Below are positions 1 to 9,342 of a stretch of 64,000 nucleotides of DNA, one piece after another (the first letter of the stretch is position 1; the number at the start of each line of letters is the position of its first letter). Under the pieces are notes generated by a model. That model saw nothing but the letters and a program-made list of their open reading frames with translations, was not told where the DNA came from and made no database searches. Made by a program: the position numbers and the translations under genes. Source of the stretch: Parcubacteria group bacterium Gr01-1014_8 (GTDB lineage: Bacteria > Patescibacteriota > Minisyncoccia > Phycocordibacterales > UBA2100); NCBI GenBank assembly GCA_007376385.1, contig VMGC01000001.1:128001-192000 (forward strand). Direction: 5' to 3'.

Positions 1-1129
1 GGATCTCGCCCACCATGATGACGTCTGGGTCCTGGCGAAGAGTCGAACGAAGACCCGAGGCGAACGTGTAGTCCCGCGAGACCTGGGTTTGCACGATGCC
101 GGGGAGGTGATACTCGATAGGGTCTTCGATAGTGACTATCTTAATGCCGGGATTATGCACTTTTCGGAGGAACGCATACAGCGTCGTCGTTTTACCAGAG
201 CCGGTGGGACCAGTGTTCAGTATCATGCCGTTCGGTTTCGCAATTTCTTTGTCAAAGATGTCCATCAGGTACTTATCAAAGCCGAGTTTTTCCATCGGGA
301 GTGCGATGGTAGAAGGATCCAAAATACGCATGACGCATGTTTCAGCGTATGCGCCGGGGAGTATTGAAGTACGAATTTCTATTTCTTTTTTATTTATGAC
401 GATAGAAAAGCGCCCGTCTTGGGCGGCATTCTTTATGTTCAGTTTTAATCCGGACAAGAGTTTAATGCGCGATGAAATGAGCGCGTATGTAGCGTGGTCG
501 AACATGGTCACTTCAATGAGAACTCCGTCGAGGCGATAACGCATACGCACTGCTTCATCTTCCGGTTCCAAGTGCACGTCGGATGCGCCGAGTGAGAGTG
601 CGCCTGCCATGATGACCTCAAGGACGCGAGAAATACGGTGTACGTCCTTGCTTCCCATGTGGCCTTTTATCTCAACGCCCACATCGGCCAACACTTTTAA
701 TTTTTCGAGCATTTCTTGAATGGTCTCGTTCGAGAGCGTCAAAACGCCTGCCTCTGTTTCTGTTGCGTAGGAAAGGTCGTGGTAGCGATCCCAGGCATGA
801 TCAAGCGATGCGCGCGAGACGATGAAACGGCGCGTCTCGTAGCCGAGCCGCTCAAGGGATTGAATGGCTTGAACGGAATCTTGCCGCTCGGGCGCACGCA
901 TTGCGACGAATAGTTTTTTATTGATCTTGCGGAATGCGGCAACCTCGGCAGCCCGTGCGTCTTTTTCCAGGATGAGGCGAAGCGAATCAGTGTCAATGGA
1001 TTTATTCGTAAGGTCTATATATTCAACGCCGTATTTTGTCGCGAGCATTTCTGCGAGCTGCTCTTCTTCTTTGCGGTGCAATTCTTCGAGTCTGTCTGCT
1101 TGTTTTTTATCATCTGTGAACTGAGCCAT
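1..1129 (-). CDS. pilB: Type IV pilus assembly / type II secretion ATPase, PilB/GspE family. The N-terminus is at 1129 and the C-terminal part runs off the window edge.
   Basis: The reverse-strand translation starts MAQFTDDKKQADRLEELHRKEEEQLAEMLATKYGVEYIDL (N1 domain). It continues through the Walker A motif GPTGSGKTTTLYAF and ...IEDPIEYHLPGIVQTQV. There is no stop before position 1. The plus-strand ORFs 89..367 and 132..539 are antisense artefacts. Confidence 0.8.
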   Translation of the reverse strand, partial: MAQFTDDKKQADRLEELHRKEEEQLAEMLATKYGVEYIDLTNKSIDTDSLRLILEKDARAAEVAAFRKINKKLFVAMRAPERQDSVQAIQSLERLGYETRRFIVSRASLDHAWDRYHDLSYATETEAGVLTLSNETIQEMLEKLKVLADVGVEIKGHMGSKDVHRISRVLEVIMAGALSLGASDVHLEPEDEAVRMRYRLDGVLIEVTMFDHATYALISSRIKLLSGLKLNIKNAAQDGRFSIVINKKEIEIRTSILPGAYAETCVMRILDPSTIALPMEKLGFDKYLMDIFDKEIAKPNGMILNTGPTGSGKTTTLYAFLRKVHNPGIKIVTIEDPIEYHLPGIVQTQVSRDYTFASGLRSTLRQDPDVIMVGEI

Positions 1130-1187
1130 TCCTCACATTGTACCCCATCGTATTATGTTATCGTGCCGTTATGCGCACTATTTTTAT

Positions 1188-3587
1188 ATGGCCAAAGGGT
1201 TAAAAAAAGATAAGAAATTGAAGCGGCTCGTTCTCCTTGATTCTCATGCGGTTCTGCACCGCGCATATCATGCGATACCGGATTTTGCGACATCGAAGGG
1301 AGAGCCGACCGGCGCTCTCTACGGGCTCGTCTCGATGCTCCTGAAGATGATAGCCGATCTTCAGCCAGACTATGTTGTTGCAGCGCGAGATCTGCCTGGG
1401 GGTACGCACCGTCATCAATTGTTCGAGGAATATAAGGCGACGCGAGCAAAAGCTGACGATGAATTGATCGCACAGCTCGAGAGGGCGCCGCGCGTATTCG
1501 AGGCGTTCGGCATACCCGTGTGTGAAGCGCCTGGATACGAAGCAGACGACGTTCTTGCGACCATCGTGAAGCAGCTCTCAAAGAAAGAAGATGTTGAGAT
1601 AATCATCGTGACAGGCGACATGGATACCTTGCAGCTTATAGATGATGAGCGAGTTCGCGTATACACGCTTAAGCAAGGAATATCAGATACTATTCTGTAT
1701 GATGAGGATAGGGTGAAGGAGCGATATGGTTTTGGGCCGGAGATGATACCGGATTATAAAGGCTTGCGCGGCGATCCGTCTGACAATATCAAAGGTATCG
1801 CCGGTATCGGCGAGAAAACAGCAACTGAGCTTATAGAGAAGTTCGGTTCGATAGATGACATCTATAAGGCACTGAAGAAAACACCAAAAGAATTTGAAGA
1901 GAGGGGAGTGAAACCACGAATCGTCCAGCTTCTTATCTCGGGGGAGAAAGATGCTAGATTCTCGAAAGAACTCGCCACGGTAAAATATGATGCCCCTGTT
2001 AATTTTCACATACCTAGAGAGGTATGGAGCCTGAAAGAGCATGCGCAGAGTATCGTGGCATTGTGCGAAGAGTTCGAATTCCGTTCCCTTGGAGAACGCG
2101 TCAAGGCACTTACTGAACAAAAAGCGGCAATCGAACAGGAAAAGATCCCCGTCGCGACCGTTCTTCCTGCTGACCTTCGCGAGGTCGCGATCGCGCTTTG
2201 GCTCATACGATCTGATGTTACAGACCCAAGCCTCGAAGATATCTTGCAATTCGCGAAGACCGATGATTTTGAGACAGCCCGAGAAATCATCTTCAAGACT
2301 CTGCGGAAGACCGGTTCTCTCGGCGAAGTTTTCGATGGGATAGAAAAGCCACTTATACCCCTCGTCGATAGGATGAACAGAACAGGAGTCGAGCTCGACA
2401 CGAAATACTTGAAAGAACTCTCTCGCGAATATACAAAAGAACTTGGCATCATCGCGGGCCGCATCTACTCGCATGCGGGCAGGGAGTTCAACATCAGTTC
2501 TCCAAAGCAGTTAGGGGTCATACTTTTTGACGAATTAAAACTCGCACTCCCGCGGCAAAAAAAGACAGCGACCGGCGCTCGAACCACGAAGGAAGAAGAG
2601 CTGGCAAAGATGAGCGACCAGCACCCGATCATTGCCGATGTGCTTGCGTTCAGAGAACTGCAGAAGCTGCTCTCGACGTACATTGAAAGCATGACCGAGT
2701 TTGTCGGAGATGACGGGAGACTGCACGCAGAATTTTTACAGGCAGGAACAACAACAGGAAGAATGTCGAGCAAGAATCCGAATATGCAGAATGTTCCTAT
2801 TCGCACGGAATATGGGAAAAGAATTCGTCGAGCATTCATCGCAAAAAAAGGCTTTGTTCTTTGCTCGCTCGATTACTCACAGATAGAGCTCCGCATTGCC
2901 GCCGGCCTTTCCGGCGATGAGAAACTCATCGGAGTTTTCAAGGAAGGAAAGGATATTCATGCAGCAGTAGCGGCTCAGGTATTTGCGGTTCCACCGGAAC
3001 TTGTGGATTATGAAATGCGCCGTCGCGCGAAAGTCATCAATTTCGGCATTATTTACGGCATGGGAGTGAATGCGCTTCGGCAAGCGCTTGGCGACAATGT
3101 AACGCGCGAGGAGGCTGCAAAATTCTTATCTGATTACTTCGCCAACTTTCCCGGCCTTGCTCGGTATATCGAACGCACAAAACAATCTGCGGCGAGTCTC
3201 GGATATACGGAAACATTGTACGGACGGCGACGATATTTTTCCGGGTTCAAATCGACGCTGCCGAGCCTCCGCGCGCAAGCGGAGCGCATGGCCATAAATG
3301 CACCCATACAAGGTACGCAATCCGACATCATCAAGCTTGCGATGGTGGAAGCGGACCAACTTATAGAAAAGAGAGACTGGCGAAACAAGGCGGCACTGGT
3401 GCTCCAAGTGCATGACGAGTTGGTGTACGAACTTAAGGAAGAGGAAGCGGAGATGATAGCCCGAGAGATAAAGAACATTATGGAATCTTCGCATGCGGAG
3501 GAAAAGTTAGGCGGCGTGCCTATCATTGCGGAAGCCTCCATCGGAAAGAATTGGGGCTCGCTTGAGAAGTTACCTCAGGAGGGATGA
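1188..3587 (+). CDS. polA: DNA polymerase I with a 5'-3' exonuclease domain and a polymerase domain, Taq-like in length. The 3'-5' exonuclease domain is apparently reduced.
   Basis: The N-terminus carries 5'-nuclease motifs (LLLDSHAVLHRAYHA, GYEADDVLAT). The C-terminus carries polymerase family A motifs (RRAAKVINFGIIYGM, LQVHDELVYE). The track ORF starts at 1155; an in-frame ATG at 1188 (MAKGLKKDK...) is the more likely start. Confidence 0.9.
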   Translation: MAKGLKKDKKLKRLVLLDSHAVLHRAYHAIPDFATSKGEPTGALYGLVSMLLKMIADLQPDYVVAARDLPGGTHRHQLFEEYKATRAKADDELIAQLERAPRVFEAFGIPVCEAPGYEADDVLATIVKQLSKKEDVEIIIVTGDMDTLQLIDDERVRVYTLKQGISDTILYDEDRVKERYGFGPEMIPDYKGLRGDPSDNIKGIAGIGEKTATELIEKFGSIDDIYKALKKTPKEFEERGVKPRIVQLLISGEKDARFSKELATVKYDAPVNFHIPREVWSLKEHAQSIVALCEEFEFRSLGERVKALTEQKAAIEQEKIPVATVLPADLREVAIALWLIRSDVTDPSLEDILQFAKTDDFETAREIIFKTLRKTGSLGEVFDGIEKPLIPLVDRMNRTGVELDTKYLKELSREYTKELGIIAGRIYSHAGREFNISSPKQLGVILFDELKLALPRQKKTATGARTTKEEELAKMSDQHPIIADVLAFRELQKLLSTYIESMTEFVGDDGRLHAEFLQAGTTTGRMSSKNPNMQNVPIRTEYGKRIRRAFIAKKGFVLCSLDYSQIELRIAAGLSGDEKLIGVFKEGKDIHAAVAAQVFAVPPELVDYEMRRRAKVINFGIIYGMGVNALRQALGDNVTREEAAKFLSDYFANFPGLARYIERTKQSAASLGYTETLYGRRRYFSGFKSTLPSLRAQAERMAINAPIQGTQSDIIKLAMVEADQLIEKRDWRNKAALVLQVHDELVYELKEEEAEMIAREIKNIMESSHAEEKLGGVPIIAEASIGKNWGSLEKLPQEG

Positions 3588-3600
3588 TAGAGTTGTGCAT

Positions 3601-4248
3601 ATGTTGTACGTGTATACGGGGACCGATAGAGAGAAAGCAAAAAGCGCCATGCAGAAAGAAGTAGAGCGTGTCGCGAAAAAAGAGAAGGCATCGATCGTGC
3701 GCATCAGCGATGCGCATACGATCGCAGATCTTCGTGCAGCGTTGCAAGGCGGCGGAATGTTCGGCGGGAAAAGAGTTGTTGTCTTGGAGGGAGTGTTAGC
3801 GAATGAAGATATGAACCCAATTCTTAGTGATGCATTTCCGTTACTCTCTGAGAGTGCAGACCCTTTTTTCATTTTCGAAGAAAGATTGGACGTTGCAACT
3901 CGTAAGCGCGTGGAAAAATATGCGAAGGAGTCAGAACGTTTCGATGCAGGAAAAAAGTGGGAAGATAGATCGGTGTTCTTGCTAGGAAATGCGCTGAAGA
4001 GGGAAGACAAAAAAGCGCTGTGGGTCGGATATCTAAGGGAGGTAGAAAAGGGAAGCGCGCCGGAGATGCTTCATGGAATTCTTTTCTGGGCGGCAAAATC
4101 AATGCTTCTTGCCGCGCGCGAGAGAAGCGCAGAACAGACGCGCGCGGCGCTTCTTGTTGGGCGACTTGCGGAGCTTCCGCATGAATCAAGAAGAAAAGGG
4201 ATGGACATGGAACTCGCGCTAGAGCACTTTGTGCTCTCCACGGCGTAG
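3601..4248 (+). CDS. holA: DNA polymerase III delta subunit-like protein (short CPR-type HolA); assignment tentative.
   Basis: Starts MLYVYTGTD and contains GGMFGGKRVVVLEG plus a helical C-terminus (ILFWAAKSMLLAARE). This weakly resembles the clamp-loader delta subunit. An AGGAGGG RBS lies at 3577-3583. The start could be the GTG at 3595 or the ATG at 3601. Confidence 0.45.
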   Translation: MLYVYTGTDREKAKSAMQKEVERVAKKEKASIVRISDAHTIADLRAALQGGGMFGGKRVVVLEGVLANEDMNPILSDAFPLLSESADPFFIFEERLDVATRKRVEKYAKESERFDAGKKWEDRSVFLLGNALKREDKKALWVGYLREVEKGSAPEMLHGILFWAAKSMLLAARERSAEQTRAALLVGRLAELPHESRRKGMDMELALEHFVLSTA

Positions 4249-4273
4249 CGGACGTGGTACGATACTGCTATCT

Positions 4274-5599
4274 ATGCGGGAGGCAGGGAAACGTATCCCG
4301 AGTATTCTTTTTTCAACTGGTGCGTTGGCGATTTCTCTGATTCTTATCCTGCCGTTGTTTGCTCATGCACAGTTCGGTTCAGGGAACGTAAAATATTGTA
4401 CCGGTATCGCGTGCCCATGCGACATGGGGCCCGGACCAAATTGCGCCTGCTGCAAGAAAACTCCCAGGCCAGCTGGTGGGGTTATAGGTTGTTATTGTGA
4501 AGAATCAGCGAATGGTAAAAAGTCGACAGGCACCTGCGTTGCGCCTGTGAATTGTAGTGCGTCGGCGTCGGAGGGATTGGGGGGCGACATGAAAGGTTTG
4601 ATGGATGCGTTGAAATTGCTTCAGGAGCTATTCAAGAAAAAAGAAGGTGGCGGAGGCGGAGGAGCCCCACCCCCGCCGCCTGGCGCACAAGAACCGCCGC
4701 CTTGCGTCGTAAATCCCGCAACAAAAACAAAGTCGCCGATTCCCTGCAAGGAAGCGAACGGGATGATCAATTATGGAGATGGAACCGACTTGAGCGGGTT
4801 TGGTTCTTCCGGCACGGGGTTAGGCGGGGATGGCAGTCTTGCCGATACACTCCTTAAAGCGCTCGGCGGCACCGTGTCGAGTTCGGGAGATGATTCGGAT
4901 GGAAGTAGCGAGGAGACATCGGATGACACGGGTGGTGCTGGGACCGGTGGTGGTAGCGCAGCCGGGGGTGGTGGTGCAAAGGCGGGAGGAAGCGCCGCAT
5001 TTGATCCGAAGAAATTGGAAGGCGATATTCGTGTCGGCGTTTCCGGTGGCACAATTTTTGCGCGCTCGCGTGACCCGGGCAGCAATACGGAAGTTGCGGG
5101 CTTTTTCGGAGGCAATGCGTTCAATGCAAATGCGTCGCGAAGCTTGGTCGGACGTCTTTGTGCTGCGCGCCCGTGGGCAGGCGGTATCATCGGGAGCATC
5201 ATCCCGCCTTCTTTCTTTGATGGATTGTGTAGGCGTGGTGGGTATCAGGTAGGTATAGTTGCTCTTCAGCCAGGTTCAGCAAAAGGCGGTAAAAAAGGCA
5301 CTATAACCATCACCGGCCAGAAGCAGCAGCGTCAAACGGTGGACTCGTCCACTATTGAAGCTGAAGTAGACATTTGGGCGGAGCCAGCGAGCGTACGTCT
5401 TGGCACACGGACATACATTTTCTGGACATCGAAAGGCGTCGAGTCATGCAAAGAGTCAGGTCCAAGCTTTTCGCAGAACAGTCCTTCCGGCGGCGCATCG
5501 ACTGTCCCGCTGTCGGGTAAAAGTATATTTACTATCGTCTGCTTGACTATAGCGAGCACAACAGTCGAAGATAGCGTCACGGTGAACTTGGCTTTATAG
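4274..5599 (+). CDS. Secreted Cys-rich protein with a poly-Gly/poly-Pro linker and a C-terminal Cys-framed beta domain (paralog family member 1).
   Basis: The signal peptide MREAGKRIPSILFSTGALAISLILILPLFAHA is followed by the Cys cluster CTGIACPCDMGPGPNCACCKK...GCYCEE...CVAPVNC. The linker is GGGGGGAPPPPPGAQEPPP. The C-terminal motif is W-TSKG-x-SC...FTIVCL...SVTV. Confidence 0.6.
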   Translation: MREAGKRIPSILFSTGALAISLILILPLFAHAQFGSGNVKYCTGIACPCDMGPGPNCACCKKTPRPAGGVIGCYCEESANGKKSTGTCVAPVNCSASASEGLGGDMKGLMDALKLLQELFKKKEGGGGGGAPPPPPGAQEPPPCVVNPATKTKSPIPCKEANGMINYGDGTDLSGFGSSGTGLGGDGSLADTLLKALGGTVSSSGDDSDGSSEETSDDTGGAGTGGGSAAGGGGAKAGGSAAFDPKKLEGDIRVGVSGGTIFARSRDPGSNTEVAGFFGGNAFNANASRSLVGRLCAARPWAGGIIGSIIPPSFFDGLCRRGGYQVGIVALQPGSAKGGKKGTITITGQKQQRQTVDSSTIEAEVDIWAEPASVRLGTRTYIFWTSKGVESCKESGPSFSQNSPSGGASTVPLSGKSIFTIVCLTIASTTVEDSVTVNLAL

Positions 5600-5609
5600 A
5601 ATTCTTAAG

Positions 5610-6080
5610 CTAGCGGTGCGTTGAAAAAAGAATGATTCCCGCTGCGACCGCGACGTTCAGGGATTCTTTAGAACCATGCATAGGAATTTCAATGAGAGTG
5701 TCGCAGGCGTTGCGGAGTTGCGATGAGATCCCCTTGATCTCGTTGCCAAAGATAAAGAATGTTTTTTTGCTCTGCTTGAAGCGACGGTAATCAATTGACC
5801 TTGTATCTTGTTCGACGCCGACGATGCGCCAGCCGTTCCTCTTGAGTTTTTTTATAAGGTGCGCAGGGGACGAACAGTATTTCCATGGGAGAGCATGCTC
5901 AGCGCCAAGCGCAGTTTTTGCGATATCTTTCCGTACGCGCCCAAAGCGGTCGATCGGCCTCGGCGTGTAGCCAGAAAGAAAAATGCGTTCAACGCCTGCT
6001 GCGTCAGCGCTGCGGAATATTGAACCGACATTATGGGTACTTCGAATGTTGTGAAGAAGAACCGCTCTCCTAGTTTTCAT
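5610..6080 (-). CDS. SpoU/TrmH-family RNA 2'-O-methyltransferase.
   Basis: SPOUT motifs are present: IRSTHNVGSIFRSADAAGVERIFL and FIFGNEIKGIS...LIEIPMHGSKESLNVAVAAGIILF. Confidence 0.8.
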   Translation of the reverse strand: MKTRRAVLLHNIRSTHNVGSIFRSADAAGVERIFLSGYTPRPIDRFGRVRKDIAKTALGAEHALPWKYCSSPAHLIKKLKRNGWRIVGVEQDTRSIDYRRFKQSKKTFFIFGNEIKGISSQLRNACDTLIEIPMHGSKESLNVAVAAGIILFSTHR

Positions 6081-6208
6081 AATGATCCCACTGTAATCTC
6101 TATGCCCTTCACTGTATACCCCGTGAGATAAAACAAGAATGACTTCCTTTAGAAATCTTTGATCGATGAATATTTTGCGCGTGCTGGGACATTTTCGCTA
6201 CCTATCTC

Positions 6209-6571
6209 ATGGGGTATACTGTCCGTATGCTGTCGCTTTTTCCAGAATTACTGTTTCTTGCGCCGTTCTCCGCGCTCGTCATTCGAGTAGCGGTTGCTGT
6301 CATCTTTGCGTTCAGTGCGTGGACGAGGATGCAAAGTGAGCAGACGCTATTGAAAGTCTTTGGAGCGATTGACGCGATACTTGCTGTCATGTTTCTCTCT
6401 GGCGGCTACACGCAGCTTGCCGCACTCATTGGCGCGGTGTGCGCGATTGCGTGGCTTTCTCGCACTTCGATACGGCCGCTTCCGGTGAGCACCGTGTGGC
6501 TCGCCCTTATAATGTGTATCTCCCTTCTCGTTACCGGTGCCGGTCCATTTGCGTTCGACCTGCCATTGTAA
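6209..6571 (+). CDS. Small polytopic membrane protein, DoxX-like; hypothetical.
   Basis: The 120-aa product has 3-4 hydrophobic helices. There is no catalytic motif. Confidence 0.45.
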   Translation: MGYTVRMLSLFPELLFLAPFSALVIRVAVAVIFAFSAWTRMQSEQTLLKVFGAIDAILAVMFLSGGYTQLAALIGAVCAIAWLSRTSIRPLPVSTVWLALIMCISLLVTGAGPFAFDLPL

Positions 6572-6777
6572 AGAACCCTGCGCCAGAGAACGTAGGGTGT
6601 TAAGAAACGTCTTTCAATGCAGGACCGGGAGACCTTTCCCGGAATAGGAACGACCCGCCGGTCGCACGTATTTGAAAGCGCGTCCATTCATTCTTGCGGT
6701 AAAGCGCAACGTTCTGGATGCGACCAGTAGGAAATTGCGATAGACGTTTCGCGCGCTGCCTGTTATAAGACTAGTAC

Positions 6778-6848
6778 CCCCTGGTAGCTCAATGGTAGAG
6801 CAGCTGCCTTTTAAGCAGTTGACGGAGGTCCGATTCCTCCCCGGGGGA
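6778..6848 (+). tRNA. tRNA-Lys, anticodon TTT.
   Basis: A hand-folded cloverleaf gives acceptor CCCCTGG/CCGGGGG, D-arm GCTC-AATGGTA-GAGC and anticodon stem-loop GCTGC-CTTTTAA-GCAGT. The T-arm is GGAGG-TCCGATT-CCTCC with discriminator A. No CCA is encoded. Confidence 0.85.
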
Positions 6849-7023
6849 AAGTTTTTTAAACTTCACACGGGAGAAGCGTGCAATGCACGCTTCGTGAAGA
6901 ATCGGACGCCGGAGCGATGTTTTGTCAGCAGACAAAACCGCGAGGCGGTGCCCAGACAAACTTTTGCGACGGCAAAAGTTTAGTCGCGGGAGATTCCTCC
7001 CCGGGGGAAAGTTTTTTAAACTT
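6849..7023 (+). repeat. tRNA-3'-linked conserved element, copy 1 (E1). It ends in a 32-nt duplicate of the tRNA-Lys T-loop-to-trailer sequence.
   Basis: GATTCCTCCCCGGGGGAAAGTTTTTTAAACTT occurs at 6832-6863 and again at 6992-7023. The intervening element carries core motifs identical to those at 21857-21944: ACGCCGGAGCGATGT at 6906-6920, ACCGCGAGGCGGTGCCCAGAC at 6937-6957 and AGTCGCGGGAGA at 6982-6993. Between the cores are hairpins that differ in sequence but retain pairing. Confidence 0.6.
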
Positions 7024-7081
7024 TGTATTCCGCGAAACGGGAATTTCCTATGCGAGCGTTAGCGAACAGGAAATAGGGATT

Positions 7082-8068
7082 TTAGTACACGTACGCATCA
7101 ACAGTTCGCCCGTCGTCATCAAGCAGCCGAACAACATCACGCTGGTCGCGCCAGAGTGCAGAGTCCGACTCCAGATACAAACGCCACGCCTCACGATCAA
7201 ATGAAGAGCGCATGTAGTGGCGATTCATGCATCCATTGTAGGAGAGTGTATTTTGCAAGAATGAGCGACACGCGGGGGATACAATCGATGGGACTTGCTT
7301 AGGAAACTCACACGTCGGAATGCTGTATATAAAATCGAAACACGCATCGCCATATTGGGAAAGATTTTCGGGCGTAAGCGGCAATTCACCGGAGGGGGAT
7401 GGGCAATTCAACGAGAGTGCTGGTTCAAATGTCTGGAACTGCGATATGTAACCGGTGCAAATATTTTCTCTGAAAGAAACGCCAACCGGGGAGGCGCCGC
7501 TTGCGATTATCGCGTACGCACCCGGTTCGAGCGATACCGAATTAACGGCGTTCACTGAGCCTCCTCGAAGTGGAGATGCGGCGGGAGGAAGTGCGATCCG
7601 AACCCCGGTAAGGGCGCTTTGCAAGGACCATCCTTCAAGTGAAATAGGGGTTGTGTTTTCGGCGCTTGCTTCGATGACAATATATTCGGCAGGTATGTCG
7701 GATGTTTGAGGATTTGAATATGCGCCAGAAATGTGCACGCTCCGGAAATACGGAGACGGGTCGCCGAATGTCATAACATCGTTAGGATTGCCGATGATCT
7801 CTCCGTACTGTCCTCCGGTATTTTCGGATGTTTGATCCGGGTTTGCGTTTGCCCCCGCGGCGTCCGGTCCAAATAAATCTTCTTCCTCAATGAATGAAAA
7901 AATGTTCGATGGCTGCCAGGGAAGTGCAAAATCCGTGGATGTCGAACCGGCGAAAGAGAAACTTTTTACCTGCGCGAAAATGCGTTGCGGGCCTTTATTC
8001 AATATCCATATGACAACGAGCGAGAGAATAATGAAGGCGAAGAGAGCAAGGATTATTTGCCGTATCAT
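7082..8068 (-). CDS. Membrane-anchored lamin-tail-domain (LTD) protein.
   Basis: An N-terminal TM segment (IILALFAFIILSLVVIWIL) is present. The C-terminal LTD-like pattern is IVIEASAENTTPISLEGWSLQS...EPGAYAII. Confidence 0.55.
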   Translation of the reverse strand: MIRQIILALFAFIILSLVVIWILNKGPQRIFAQVKSFSFAGSTSTDFALPWQPSNIFSFIEEEDLFGPDAAGANANPDQTSENTGGQYGEIIGNPNDVMTFGDPSPYFRSVHISGAYSNPQTSDIPAEYIVIEASAENTTPISLEGWSLQSALTGVRIALPPAASPLRGGSVNAVNSVSLEPGAYAIIASGASPVGVSFRENICTGYISQFQTFEPALSLNCPSPSGELPLTPENLSQYGDACFDFIYSIPTCEFPKQVPSIVSPACRSFLQNTLSYNGCMNRHYMRSSFDREAWRLYLESDSALWRDQRDVVRLLDDDGRTVDAYVY

Positions 8069-8072
8069 GCAC

Positions 8073-9338
8073 TTATACTACCGCACTCACGCCGCTCTTT
8101 TGCAGTTTCTCCAGCTCTTCCCTGGCAACTCCTGAATCGCTCCATGGTATTTTTGTTCCGCGCGGACCGTATATGCAGGGATCGGTACCTTTTCCTGTTA
8201 TAAGCACCGTATCGCTAGAGCGCGCGAGCTGGAGCGCATGCCTGATTGCTTCGCGGCGGTCCATACGAATTTCAGGAGACCTTTTCATGCCACGAGCAAG
8301 GCCCTCTACTATCGAGCGAGGATCTTCATCGCACGGGTCTTCGTTCGTCAAAATGACTGTTTCGCACATCCCATCAGCAATACTCCCCATCACGGGCCTT
8401 TTCCATATATCCCTGCCGCCGCCCATAGAACCGAGCACACAAATCTTTCGGCCGCGATATGCGCTGTAAATGGCGGCCAGGGAATCCGGCGTGTGCGCGT
8501 AATCAACAATGACGGTGAAATTTTGTCCTGCTTCCACGCGCTCCGCGCGCCCGGGTATATGCTTTAGCGAATCGAGGCCGCGAGCGATGACAGACGTTTT
8601 TATCTTCATAAGACGCGCCAGTGTCGCTGCCGCGAGGGCATTCGTTATGGAAAATGCACCGGGCAAATGTATGCGCAGTTCCTCTGTATCAAATTGGAAT
8701 ACGCCGCCGCGTTCATCCGTTGTCCATGAATCAAGAGAAGAAAGAGCGAATGGGATACAATGCTCTACTTGTAATCCCAGGAAACGAGAAGCCTGCGCGT
8801 CATCGGAGTTTGCCAGCATGTAGCGAGGTCTTTTGTGCGAACGTTCAAGCTGCAGTCCCAGCTGGAGTTTTGCATTGGCGTACTTTTGCAGTGACCCGTG
8901 GGATTCAATGTGTTCCGGTGCAAGGTTCAGAAAGATAAGCGCGTTCAGTTCGATTGCGCGATGACGATGTTGCCGGGCGCCTTCTGATGTCATTTCAATA
9001 AATGCAATGTTGCATCCTGCCCTCGATGCCAGGTAGAGGAATTTTTGGGTGAAAAAACGGCCCCCCATTGTCATGCGCATTAGATTCGGCTCAGAGTGCG
9101 AATCGATTTTCATTCTGATAGTGCTCACGAGCGCAGTTTTGTAGCCGGCTTCTTCAAAAATGGCGTTCAAAAATTCGATAGTGCTGGACTTGCCTTTCGT
9201 GCCAGTTACACCGACAACCATAAGTTCACGAGACGGAAACGCATACAGAGCGGCAGCGAACCACGCGAGAATGAAGTGATATGCAGAAAAAATTGGCGAT
9301 GGTATGACAGCGTGCAGGAGATTCTTCAAGGATCCCAT
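8073..9338 (-). CDS. murE: Mur ligase family protein, MurE-like UDP-N-acetylmuramoyl-tripeptide synthetase.
   Basis: Motifs include the P-loop GVTGTKGKSST, VDYAHTPDSL and LITGKGTD. The track ORF extends to 9524. The in-frame ATG at 9338 (MGSLKNLLHAV...) gives a typical N-terminus and a 4-nt gap to ruvA. Confidence 0.7.
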   Translation of the reverse strand: MGSLKNLLHAVIPSPIFSAYHFILAWFAAALYAFPSRELMVVGVTGTKGKSSTIEFLNAIFEEAGYKTALVSTIRMKIDSHSEPNLMRMTMGGRFFTQKFLYLASRAGCNIAFIEMTSEGARQHRHRAIELNALIFLNLAPEHIESHGSLQKYANAKLQLGLQLERSHKRPRYMLANSDDAQASRFLGLQVEHCIPFALSSLDSWTTDERGGVFQFDTEELRIHLPGAFSITNALAAATLARLMKIKTSVIARGLDSLKHIPGRAERVEAGQNFTVIVDYAHTPDSLAAIYSAYRGRKICVLGSMGGGRDIWKRPVMGSIADGMCETVILTNEDPCDEDPRSIVEGLARGMKRSPEIRMDRREAIRHALQLARSSDTVLITGKGTDPCIYGPRGTKIPWSDSGVAREELEKLQKSGVSAVV

Positions 9339-9342
9339 ACGT

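Noticed and set aside
89-539. Plus-strand ORFs 89..367 and 132..539 at the left edge.
   Set aside because: They lie antisense to a clearly conserved PilB/GspE ATPase on the minus strand, with the Walker A motif in reverse translation. They have no coding signal of their own.
1683-2474. Minus-strand ORFs of 263 aa and 152 aa inside polA, and similar antisense ORFs inside ileS, argS, ftsK and the surface-protein genes.
   Set aside because: They are embedded antisense in strongly conserved genes and have low-complexity or odd composition. They are typical shadow ORFs.
6792-7204. Small ORFs 6792..6983, 6878..7204 and 21823..22044 running through the E1/E2 elements and sharing the peptides AGAM and PRGGAQT.
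   Set aside because: The shared peptides come from identical nucleotide cores. The intervening codons differ non-conservatively while preserving DNA/RNA palindromes. The ORF tails run antisense into neighbouring genes. This is a nucleic-acid element, not a protein gene.
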